Positions 1-6,319 of a stretch of DNA of 10,963 bases are shown here, in pieces; the first letter of the stretch is position 1; every line of letters starts with the position of its first letter. The position numbers and the translations under genes were made by a program. This DNA comes from a virus. The notes beneath the pieces were generated by a model that saw only the letters and a program-made list of their open reading frames with translations, did not search any database and was not told the DNA's origin. The stretch lies in the UHGV virus genome UHGV-0234540; one strand, 5' to 3'.

Positions 1-126
1 CGACATAATCTGAATCTGAGACAACATCTGGCAAGGCTGGGACGGAAGTCGCTGTCGTTCTCAAAATCGGTGGAGCTGCATGACAAAGTCATCGGGCATT
101 ATCTGAACATAAAACACTATCAATAA
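1..126 (+). CDS. 3' end of an ORF entering from upstream (41 codons), product unknown
   Basis: Only + frame 1 is open from position 1 and runs to TAA at 124-126; the other two + frames hit stops within 12 nt. No motif recognised. Confidence 0.25.
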
Positions 127-357
127 GTTGGAGTCATTACCGGGAAACCGCGATATCGTTAATAACGATGTCGTCTTTATTTATCTTGTCATAATAAAAA
201 TGCTTCCCGGAAAAAGTTTTAATAAATGACATTTCGTTCTCCACTTTATATGCGCTGCACCGCGCTGAATTTTGGGAAAAGGAAGCCCTCGCCATCCGGC
301 GATTATTGAGTCAATTACGTTTCAATAGATGCCCCCGCAGGGGCGGTTAGTTTCTCC

Positions 358-446
358 ACAAAACAGAGAAGAACACCTGCGGTGGCAGCCGCCCGGATGG
401 ATTGGGTTATGAGCCCGTCGTCCGGTGATGCTCTTCTCTGTTTTGT
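358..446. repeat. Long hairpin: perfect 15-bp inverted repeat ACAAAACAGAGAAGA (358-372) / TCTTCTCTGTTTTGT (432-446), extended by CACC (374-377) / GGTG (424-427), enclosing a ~46-nt GC-rich loop
   Basis: Arms read directly and checked as exact reverse complements. Lies in a 330-700 GC-rich block where no reading frame on either strand looks protein-like. Confidence 0.5.
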
Positions 447-770
447 AAAAAGAGCGGTGCCAGCCGGAAGCAAGTGTACAAACTGGTACCGCCAAAGCAG
501 TGGCTGTTGTGGTGCCGGGTGCCTCCCGGTGCCTGGCGAAGGTTGCACACCAGGCGGGTGGGTATCCACAGAAGGTCGACTGTCAGCCTCAACCTTAACC
601 CGCGTGCGCTGAGCCGCATTCACCACAACGCTAAGGATTCTCTCTGGTTGAAAATACTTAGCTGTTATGTGCCTGCTTTTAGCCACATCAGGCGAGGTGG
701 ACCTGGTTATTCCCCAACAACAAGGATTCGGTTAATCTTGATACCCCCAATAACATGGTGATTATTTAAG

Positions 771-1274
771 ATGGACAAATTTGATAGAAGTGCACAAAGG
801 CAGTTGTTACAAATACTGTATGATGCTCATCCTTATGAAATTTCTGATGATGCGTTGCAGTCTGTTCGTGACGCATTTGGAGATGATAATGTCCTAATTT
901 CGAACTTAATTTATCTCGAAGAACATGGCTTGATTAAGAATGCTCTTGATTATTACTTGGATGGCATAAATATAAATATTCCTGAATTAAGAATTACTAA
1001 AGATGGAATTGATTTCATTCGTGATGATGGAGGTCTTAAAGCTATTCTTGGGATTATGACAATAAGATTGCATGATGAGACTCTCTGTGAACTTGAACGT
1101 ATCATCAATAGTTCTACTTCTGCCACGACTGAAGATAAGAAGAAATTACTTTCTCAGCTTCGAACGCTTCCTGCCGACGCCATAAAACAGCTGACGATTC
1201 GATTACTTGGTCAGGGGCTTGACCATCTGCCGGACGTATTTCACGTAATTCAAAAAGCCCTCCATTCTCTGTAA
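771..1274 (+). CDS. Hypothetical protein (167 aa), AT-rich moron; possible small winged-helix-type protein (tentative resemblance to DUF2513-like phage proteins, from memory)
   Basis: Clean ORF with ATG at 771 and GGTGA 9 nt upstream. First two-thirds is markedly AT-rich relative to its neighbours. Protein-like composition. Oriented convergently to the repressor gene and followed by an intrinsic terminator. Confidence 0.6.
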   Translation: MDKFDRSAQRQLLQILYDAHPYEISDDALQSVRDAFGDDNVLISNLIYLEEHGLIKNALDYYLDGININIPELRITKDGIDFIRDDGGLKAILGIMTIRLHDETLCELERIINSSTSATTEDKKKLLSQLRTLPADAIKQLTIRLLGQGLDHLPDVFHVIQKALHSL

Positions 1275-1452
1275 ATTCTGATTCTGGTCGGATTAGACAG
1301 AATCGTCCCCATCCGATCTGCTTACTAAGTAGAATCCAGAATTCGTCTTGTTGGTTGGTGCTGATAAAAAATCCATTAGGATGAACGTAAGCACAGAATA
1401 TGACCATAGAACCCTCTTTTGTTACGGGGATACCAGGATTGTTAAAGAGCGA

Positions 1453-1476
1453 AGCGTCCTATAGGGCGCTTTTTTT
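1453..1476 (+). terminator. Rho-independent terminator downstream of the 771-1274 gene
   Basis: Stem AGCGTCC (1453-1459) / GGGCGCT (1464-1470), 7 bp with one G-U pair, loop TATA, then a run of seven T (1470-1476). Confidence 0.5.
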
Positions 1477-1641
1477 GTTGCTAACGAATCATCCGGTCAT
1501 TCATACGCCACCGGCGGCTACTTCGTGGGCGTCCTGCCTGTTCGTTATCTTTGATATAAAATCTAACTTAACTTAGTTATTATGGCAAGAGAAAACACCA
1601 AACTTTTCTTAGTTCGGTGCCTTAGTTAGAGAAGAGAGGTC

Positions 1642-2268
1642 TTAGAGTTCGTATTGAACTCCTTTGACTACACCAATGATAAGGCAATTACCATTGATAG
1701 GGATGTTGGGATACCGAGGATTTAATGGCACTAAAAACTTTTGAGGGCCATCGATGACTAATTTTTTTACTGTAGCTTCGTTTGTTCCATCAAGTCGAGC
1801 GATGACTATTTTTCCATGACGAGGTTCTGCATCTGGATCTACAATCACTGTTGCGCCTTCTGGTATTGTTGGGAGGCCATTAGGGTTAGTCATGGAGTCA
1901 CCTTTAACCTCTAATGCAAATGAGTTATCACCAATCTTTAATGATGTATCTACCCACTTGTCCACTTCACTAAACACTTCTGCTGCCCTGCACTCAGTAA
2001 ACTGCCCAGCCTGAACCCACGATATTACAGGAACTCTGCGCATGTTTGTGACGAGTTTGCCTTCAAACTCAGCACCATAAAGAATGTAATCTATTGACGT
2101 ATTGAAGAACTTCGCTAATTTCGAAAGTGCCTCCCCACCAGGGGTATTGATGTCTTTCTCCCAGTACCCCACAGCAACGTCGCTTACTCCACAAAATTTA
2201 CCCAATTCTTTCTGGGACGTTCTGGTAACTCTTCTCAGAGCTTTTATACGCTGACCAACCGTTTCCAT
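1642..2268 (-). CDS. cI: Prophage repressor, cI/LexA-like (N-terminal XRE-type HTH + C-terminal S24 peptidase autocleavage domain)
   Basis: 208-aa ORF. N-terminal HTH (QKELGKFCGVSDVAVGYWEKD). Probable Ala-Gly cleavage site in WVQAGQF. Catalytic Ser in the KGDSM motif and Lys in ATVKKLV, as in LexA and lambda cI. Divergent from a cro-like gene. Confidence 0.9.
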   Translation of the reverse strand: METVGQRIKALRRVTRTSQKELGKFCGVSDVAVGYWEKDINTPGGEALSKLAKFFNTSIDYILYGAEFEGKLVTNMRRVPVISWVQAGQFTECRAAEVFSEVDKWVDTSLKIGDNSFALEVKGDSMTNPNGLPTIPEGATVIVDPDAEPRHGKIVIARLDGTNEATVKKLVIDGPQKFLVPLNPRYPNIPINGNCLIIGVVKGVQYEL

Positions 2269-2290
2269 AGGAGCACCATTTCTTGAATTG

Positions 2291-2353
2291 CTAAGTAATC
2301 TTAGTTTTTATTGACCAAAGATAGATTTGTAATTAGCATCTAATAAAACTTAG
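2291..2353. promoter_or_regulatory. OR-like immunity control region: operator palindromes CTAAGTAATCTTAG (2291-2304) and CTAATAAAACTTAG (2340-2353); candidate PR -35 TTGACC (2311-2316) and -10 TAGCAT (2334-2339)
   Basis: Two 14-bp sites of the form CTAAG/T-N4-CTTAG in the 97-bp gap between divergent cI and cro. A -35/-10 pair with 17-bp spacing points toward cro. GGAGG sits 4 nt before the cro ATG. Confidence 0.45.
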
Positions 2354-2365
2354 TTTGGAGGGCGT

Positions 2366-2566
2366 ATGACAACTGACGATATCGAAAGCTACTTCGGCAG
2401 TATTGAGAAAGTTGCTGCTTTTTTCGGCATAACAACTGAAGCCGTTTATCAGTGGCGAAACCGTCCGGGCCAGTTAATTCCAAAAGGACGTGCAGCAGAA
2501 GCTGCATATAGAACTTGCGGACGGTTGCCATTTAAACCTGAGCTTTATGAAAAATCTAATGGATAA
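2366..2566 (+). CDS. cro: Cro-like transcriptional regulator (66 aa)
   Basis: Small ORF divergent from the repressor, with an SD. Motif FG...V...FGIT.EAVYQW matches the P22/434-type Cro pattern recalled from memory. Confidence 0.8.
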   Translation: MTTDDIESYFGSIEKVAAFFGITTEAVYQWRNRPGQLIPKGRAAEAAYRTCGRLPFKPELYEKSNG

Positions 2567-2591
2567 ATCGATTAACAGAAACCACAGAACG

Positions 2592-3161
2592 ATGAGGCTA
2601 ACCGTGGGTAAGCATCACTGGAAAGTAGAAAAACAGCCTGAGTGGTACGTGAAAGCTGTCAGAAAAACTATCGCGGCATTGCCGGGGGGTTACGCTGAAG
2701 CTGCTGACTGGCTGGATGTAACAGAGAACGCATTATTTAACCGCCTTCGTGCCGATGGCGATCAGATTTTCCCGCTGGGATGGGCAATGGTTTTACAGCG
2801 TGCTGCTGGCACTCACCACATTGCGGATGCAGTCGCACAGTCTGCTGGTGGGGTGTTTGTATCGCTTCCTGAAATTGAGGAAGTAGAGAACGCCGATATC
2901 AACCAACGCCTGCTGGAGGTCATTGAACAGATCGGCAGTTATTCAAAACAGATTCGTTCAGCAATTGAAGACGGGGTGGTGGAACCACACGAGCAGGCAG
3001 CAATTAACGACGAACTGTACCTGTCAATTTCGAAGCTGCAGGAGCATGCAGCACTGGTCTACAAAATCTTTTGCATTTCAGAAAGTAATGACGCCCGCGA
3101 GTGTGCAGCTCCGGGCGTCGTGGCGTCGATTGCTTCTAATTGTGGAGAAACTAACGCATGA
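2592..3161 (+). CDS. Phage regulatory protein, CII-like (phage 186 CII / CP76 family); start codon uncertain (candidates 2547, 2559, 2592, GTG 2604)
   Basis: ORF directly after cro. The segment [25 protein letters not shown] resembles the recalled CII-family motif. The longest ORF start at 2490 is a GTG only 2 nt after GG and overlaps cro by 77 nt, so an internal start is preferred. Confidence 0.55.
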   Translation: MRLTVGKHHWKVEKQPEWYVKAVRKTIAALPGGYAEAADWLDVTENALFNRLRADGDQIFPLGWAMVLQRAAGTHHIADAVAQSAGGVFVSLPEIEEVENADINQRLLEVIEQIGSYSKQIRSAIEDGVVEPHEQAAINDELYLSISKLQEHAALVYKIFCISESNDARECAAPGVVASIASNCGETNA

Positions 3162-3496
3162 ACAGTTTAACAACACCCTACCGTCGCTCGCAACTGATTG
3201 CGCTTCCTGTACCGGGTGGAAAAGCGAAGGTGGAGTATTGCTATGCAGTGAATGTACCAGGTGACAGGGAAATTGTAACCCACAGCTTTGCAGAGTGGGC
3301 TGTGGGTGATTTCAACCGGCAGAAGGAGACAGTCCTTTGCGACAAGTTAACCGCTGGTTCAAAGATCACTACGGAGTGCCCGTCAGAGTCATTCGTTGGG
3401 AACCGGAAACACAACGGGTTATCTACCTCCGCGAAGGTTATGAGCATGAATGCTTCAGTCCGCTCGAACAGTTTCGTCGTAAATTCAGGGAAATAG
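3158..3496 (+). CDS. Hypothetical protein; only the N-terminal ~60 codons look genuinely coding in this frame (possible frameshifted gene)
   Basis: ATG at 3158 overlaps the upstream stop (ATGA), with GGAGAAA upstream. Translation downstream of ~3335 turns S/N/T-rich and non-protein-like, while the overlapping frame is protein-like. Confidence 0.45.
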   Translation: MNSLTTPYRRSQLIALPVPGGKAKVEYCYAVNVPGDREIVTHSFAEWAVGDFNRQKETVLCDKLTAGSKITTECPSESFVGNRKHNGLSTSAKVMSMNASVRSNSFVVNSGK

Positions 3497-3516
3497 AGGT
3501 CGGTCATGAGCACTAA
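3337..3516 (+). CDS. Cryptic small ORF (59 codons, TTG start) or the true 3' portion of a frameshifted 3158 gene
   Basis: Frame 1 is open 3310-3516 and translates to a balanced sequence ([59 protein letters not shown]). Consensus AAGGAG (3323-3328) lies 8 nt upstream of TTG 3337. The stop at 3514-3516 overlaps the next gene's ATG at 3506. Not in the ORF track because it has no ATG. Confidence 0.4.
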   Translation: MRQVNRWFKDHYGVPVRVIRWEPETQRVIYLREGYEHECFSPLEQFRRKFREIEVGHEH

Positions 3517-4447
3517 ATTAACCGGCTATGTATGGGATGGTTGCGCTGCATCAGGCATGAAGTTATCCAGCGTGGCAATTATGGCCCGCCTGGCTGATTT
3601 CAGTAATGACGAAGGTGTGTGCTGGCCATCAATTGAAACCATTGCCCGTCAGATTGGCGCGGGGATGAGTACCGTCAGAACGGCTATCGCACGGCTGGAA
3701 GCAGAAGGCTGGTTAACGCGTAAGGCGCGTCGCCAGGGTAACCGCAATGCGTCGAATGTTTATCAGCTTAACGTTGCGAAGCTTCAGGCAGCGGCATTTT
3801 CTCAACTGTCAGATTCTGACCCGTCAAAATCTGACGCATCAAAATCTGACCCGTCAAAATTTGATGCGTCGAAATCTGGCAAAAAAGCGGGTTTTCACCC
3901 GTCAGAATCTGGCGGGGATCCGTCAGTAAAATCAAAACATGATCCGTCAGATAAAAAACCTTCTCGTCCGGACGCTTCGCAACCGGACACGCAGACGGCT
4001 GAACAGGATTTTTTAACTCGCCATCCTGATGCGGTTGTATTCAGCCCTAAAAAGCGCCAGTGGGGGACGCAGGATGATTTGACCTGCGCACAGTGGCTCT
4101 GGAAAAAAATCATCGCCCTGTACGAGCAGGCTGCCGAATGTGACGGCGAGGTGGTTCGTCCCAAAGAACCGAACTGGACAGCCTGGGCAAACGAAATTCG
4201 CCTGATGTGTGTGCAGGATGGTCGTACTCACAAACAAATCTGCGAGATGTACAGCCGCGTCAGCCGCGATCCGTTCTGGTGCCGTAACGTGCTCAGCCCG
4301 TCGAAGCTGCGGGAAAAATGGGATGAGCTTTCCCTGCGCTTATCGCCGTCCGTCAGCACGTACACCGAAAAACGCGAAGACCCGTACTTCAAATCCAGTT
4401 ACGACAACGTGGACTACAGCCAGATCCCGGCAGGATTCAGGGGGTGA
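3506..4447 (+). CDS. Replication initiation protein, lambda O-like (N-terminal HTH DNA-binding domain, repeat-encoded linker, C-terminal domain)
   Basis: 313-aa ORF at the O position after cII. N-terminal HTH-like segment (SIETIARQIGAGMSTVRTAIARLEAEGWL). Internal DNA iterons encode the DPSKSDASKSDPSKFDASKS repeat. SD GAGG 6 nt upstream. Confidence 0.7.
   Translation: MSTKLTGYVWDGCAASGMKLSSVAIMARLADFSNDEGVCWPSIETIARQIGAGMSTVRTAIARLEAEGWLTRKARRQGNRNASNVYQLNVAKLQAAAFSQLSDSDPSKSDASKSDPSKFDASKSGKKAGFHPSESGGDPSVKSKHDPSDKKPSRPDASQPDTQTAEQDFLTRHPDAVVFSPKKRQWGTQDDLTCAQWLWKKIIALYEQAAECDGEVVRPKEPNWTAWANEIRLMCVQDGRTHKQICEMYSRVSRDPFWCRNVLSPSKLREKWDELSLRLSPSVSTYTEKREDPYFKSSYDNVDYSQIPAGFRG
3813..3960. repeat. 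Candidate origin of replication: iterons inside the initiator gene
   Basis: Four tandem ~15-bp units (CCGTCAAAATCTGAC, GCATCAAAATCTGAC, CCGTCAAAATTTGAT, GCGTCGAAATCTGGC; 3821-3880) plus further CCGTCAG-core copies near 3898, 3919 and 3943, ending in an A-rich stretch (3945-3958). Two GATC sites lie in the distal copies. Same layout as ori-lambda inside gene O. Confidence 0.6.
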
Positions 4448-4449
4448 TC

Positions 4450-4938
4450 ATGAGTCTTTTGAATGACGTTCAGAAATTCATTGAAGCCCATCCGGGGTGT
4501 ACTTCCGGAGACATTGCGGATGCTTTTGCAGGTTACTCACGGCAGCGCGTACTGCAGTCAGCAAGCAAGTTACGTCAGAGTGGGCCTGTGGCTCACCGTT
4601 GTGAAGGGGATACACGCAGACATTTCCCGCGCCTGACTGAGAGAGCGCGGGAGCCGGAACCACAACCAGTTCGTGAAACCAGACCTGTGCGCAATTTCTA
4701 TGTCGGCACTAACGATCCCCGGGTGATTTTGTGCCTGACCCGCCAGGCTGAAGAACTGGAGTCAAGAGGCTTATTTCGTCGTGCTGCAACCGTGTGGATG
4801 GCGGCATTCCGTGAAAGCCACTCCCAGCCAGAACGAAACAATTTTCTGGCGCATCGTGAGCGGTGCTTACGGAAAAGCAGCAAGCGCGCTGCATCGGGTG
4901 AAGAGTGGTATCTGTCAGGGAATTACGTGGGGGCTTAA
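4450..4938 (+). CDS. PerC/Pch-like transcriptional regulator with N-terminal winged-helix-like domain
   Basis: The C-terminal segment ELESRGLFRRAATVWMAAFRES matches the PerC-family signature (..RGLWRRAA..W) recalled from memory. ATG 4450 is preferred over GTG 4444 (AGGGGG 6 nt upstream). Its stop overlaps the next start (TAATG). Confidence 0.5.
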   Translation: MSLLNDVQKFIEAHPGCTSGDIADAFAGYSRQRVLQSASKLRQSGPVAHRCEGDTRRHFPRLTERAREPEPQPVRETRPVRNFYVGTNDPRVILCLTRQAEELESRGLFRRAATVWMAAFRESHSQPERNNFLAHRERCLRKSSKRAASGEEWYLSGNYVGA

Positions 4939-5591
4939 TGAGTAATAAATATTGCCGGGCGCTGGTGGAGCTGCGGAACAAACCAGCCCATGAACTGAAG
5001 GAAGTGGGCGATCAGTGGCGCACGCCGGACAACATTTTCTGGGGAATTAACACCCTGTTTGGCCCGTTTGTTCTGGATCTGTTCACTGACGGTGATAACG
5101 CCAAATGTGCTGCGTATTACACGGCGGAAGACAACGCGCTGGCGCATGACTGGTCAGAACGTCTTGCGGAGCTTAAAGGGGCTGCCTTTGGTAATCCCCC
5201 ATACAGCCGCGCCAGTCAGCATGAGGGGCAATACATCACCGGCATGCGTTACATCATGAAACATGCCAGTGCCATGCGTGATAAGGGTGGGCGCTATGTT
5301 TTCCTGATCAAAGCTGCCACCAGCGAAGTGTGGTGGCCGGAAGATGCGGACCATATTGCTTTTATTCGCGGGCGTATTGGTTTTGAACTGCCTGCCTGGT
5401 TTATCCCGAAGGATGAGAAGCAGGTGCCGACAGGCGCTTTCTTCGCTGGTGCTATTGCTGTTTTCGATAAGACCTGGAAGGGACCGGCAATCAGCTACAT
5501 CGGGCGCGATGAACTTGAGGCATGTGGTGAAGCGTTTCTGGCGCAGGTTCGCCAGCAGGCGGAAAAACTGGTCAGGGAGATGGCGGCATGA
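4938..5591 (+). CDS. Phage Dam-family DNA N6-adenine methyltransferase (orphan)
   Basis: NPPY catalytic motif (AAFGNPPYS). N-terminal region typical of phage Dam-family enzymes. Start ATG 4938 overlaps the upstream stop. No adjacent restriction endonuclease. Confidence 0.8.
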   Translation: MSNKYCRALVELRNKPAHELKEVGDQWRTPDNIFWGINTLFGPFVLDLFTDGDNAKCAAYYTAEDNALAHDWSERLAELKGAAFGNPPYSRASQHEGQYITGMRYIMKHASAMRDKGGRYVFLIKAATSEVWWPEDADHIAFIRGRIGFELPAWFIPKDEKQVPTGAFFAGAIAVFDKTWKGPAISYIGRDELEACGEAFLAQVRQQAEKLVREMAA

Positions 5592-5914
5592 CGACGTTAA
5601 CTCAATGCCAGCAGCAGGTGCTGGATATGCTGATTTCTTACCAGAAAGAGCGTGGCTTTCCGCCAACCAATCAGGAGGTGGCAACCATGCTGGGATACCG
5701 TTCAGTGAATGCAGCGGTAGAGCATCTTCGTGCACTGGAGAAAAAAGGCGTCATCACGATAAAGCGTGGCGTGGCCCGGGGGATAACGCTTCATACCGCG
5801 GTGAAGGACGACGACAGCGAGGCGGTCGGGATTATCCGCGCACTGCTTGCCGGTGAGGAAAACGCCAGGCTGCGTGCAGCCCACTGGTTACATGAGAGAG
5901 GCCTGAAAGTATGA
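5588..5914 (+). CDS. LexA N-terminal DNA-binding-domain homologue lacking the S24 peptidase domain (108 aa)
   Basis: Residues 4-68 align with E. coli LexA residues ~4-68 (LTQCQQQVLDMLISYQKERGFPPTNQEVATMLGYRSVNAAVEHLRALEKKGVI versus LexA [53 protein letters not shown]). No Ala-Gly site or Ser/Lys peptidase motifs follow. ATGA overlaps at both ends. Confidence 0.75.
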   Translation: MTTLTQCQQQVLDMLISYQKERGFPPTNQEVATMLGYRSVNAAVEHLRALEKKGVITIKRGVARGITLHTAVKDDDSEAVGIIRALLAGEENARLRAAHWLHERGLKV

Positions 5915-6300
5915 AGCTGATCTTGCCTTTCCCGCCCAGCGTGAACACGTACTGGCGACACCCCAACAAAGGGGCGTTTGCTGGTAAGAGCCTGATAAGC
6001 GAGGCGGGGCGAAAATTTCAGAGCGCGGCGTGTGCAGCAATAGTTGAGCAGTTACGTCGTCTGCCGAAACCAACGTCGGCACCTGCTTCAGTGGAGATCG
6101 TGTTGTTTCCTCCGGATAACCGGATCCGCGATCTGGACAACTATAACAAGGCGCTGTTTGACGCCCTGACCCACGCGGGTGTGTGGGAAGACGACAGACA
6201 GGTGAAAAGAATGCTGGTGGAGTGGGGACCGGTTATCCCGAAAGGGAAGGTCGAGATCACTATCAGTAAGTATGAGAAACCGGCGGGTGCAGCCGCCTGA
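5911..6300 (+). CDS. rusA: Holliday junction resolvase RusA
   Basis: 129-aa ORF. Motif DLDNYNKALFDALTHAGVWEDDRQV matches the RusA catalytic core (DLDN...DAL...DD.QV). SD GAGAGAGG upstream. Nin-region position. Confidence 0.85.
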   Translation: MKLILPFPPSVNTYWRHPNKGAFAGKSLISEAGRKFQSAACAAIVEQLRRLPKPTSAPASVEIVLFPPDNRIRDLDNYNKALFDALTHAGVWEDDRQVKRMLVEWGPVIPKGKVEITISKYEKPAGAAA

Positions 6301-6319
6301 TTAAGAGGAGAAACGAAGT

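Noticed and set aside
358-446. Retron msr-msd (a1/a2 inverted repeats) as an explanation for the 15-bp perfect inverted repeat
   Set aside because: The arms are only ~60 nt apart, too short for msr-msd, and no reverse-transcriptase gene is present. The downstream gene is 167 aa with no RT motifs.
315-761. Four mutually overlapping ORFs on both strands (315-686 -, 382-612 +, 407-619 -, 474-761 +)
   Set aside because: All translate to Pro/Gly/Cys/Arg-rich low-complexity sequence with no recognisable motifs and no SD. Mutual overlap in a GC-rich hairpin-containing block is typical of non-coding structured DNA.
1114-1407. Minus-strand ORF (97 aa) as a possible N-like antiterminator transcribed from a leftward promoter
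   Set aside because: It overlaps the 3' end of the better-supported 771-1274 gene by 160 nt, has no Arg-rich N-terminal motif and no SD. Treated as spurious.
2490-2591. Longer N-terminal extensions of several genes as given by the ORF track (2490, 4444, 4905, 8098, 9122, 10557)
   Set aside because: The extensions lack a usable SD, overlap the upstream gene extensively or run through terminator hairpins. Internal ATG starts with proper SD spacing (2592 tentative, 4450, 4938, 8140, 9146, 10620) are preferred.
3747-3929. ORF encoding a repetitive peptide (NLTHQNLTRQNLMRRNL) and the idea of a CRISPR-like array at 3813-3880
   Set aside because: The periodicity comes from reading the ori iterons out of frame. 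The repeats are ~15 bp, contiguous and lie inside the initiator gene. There is no repeat-spacer structure and no cas genes.
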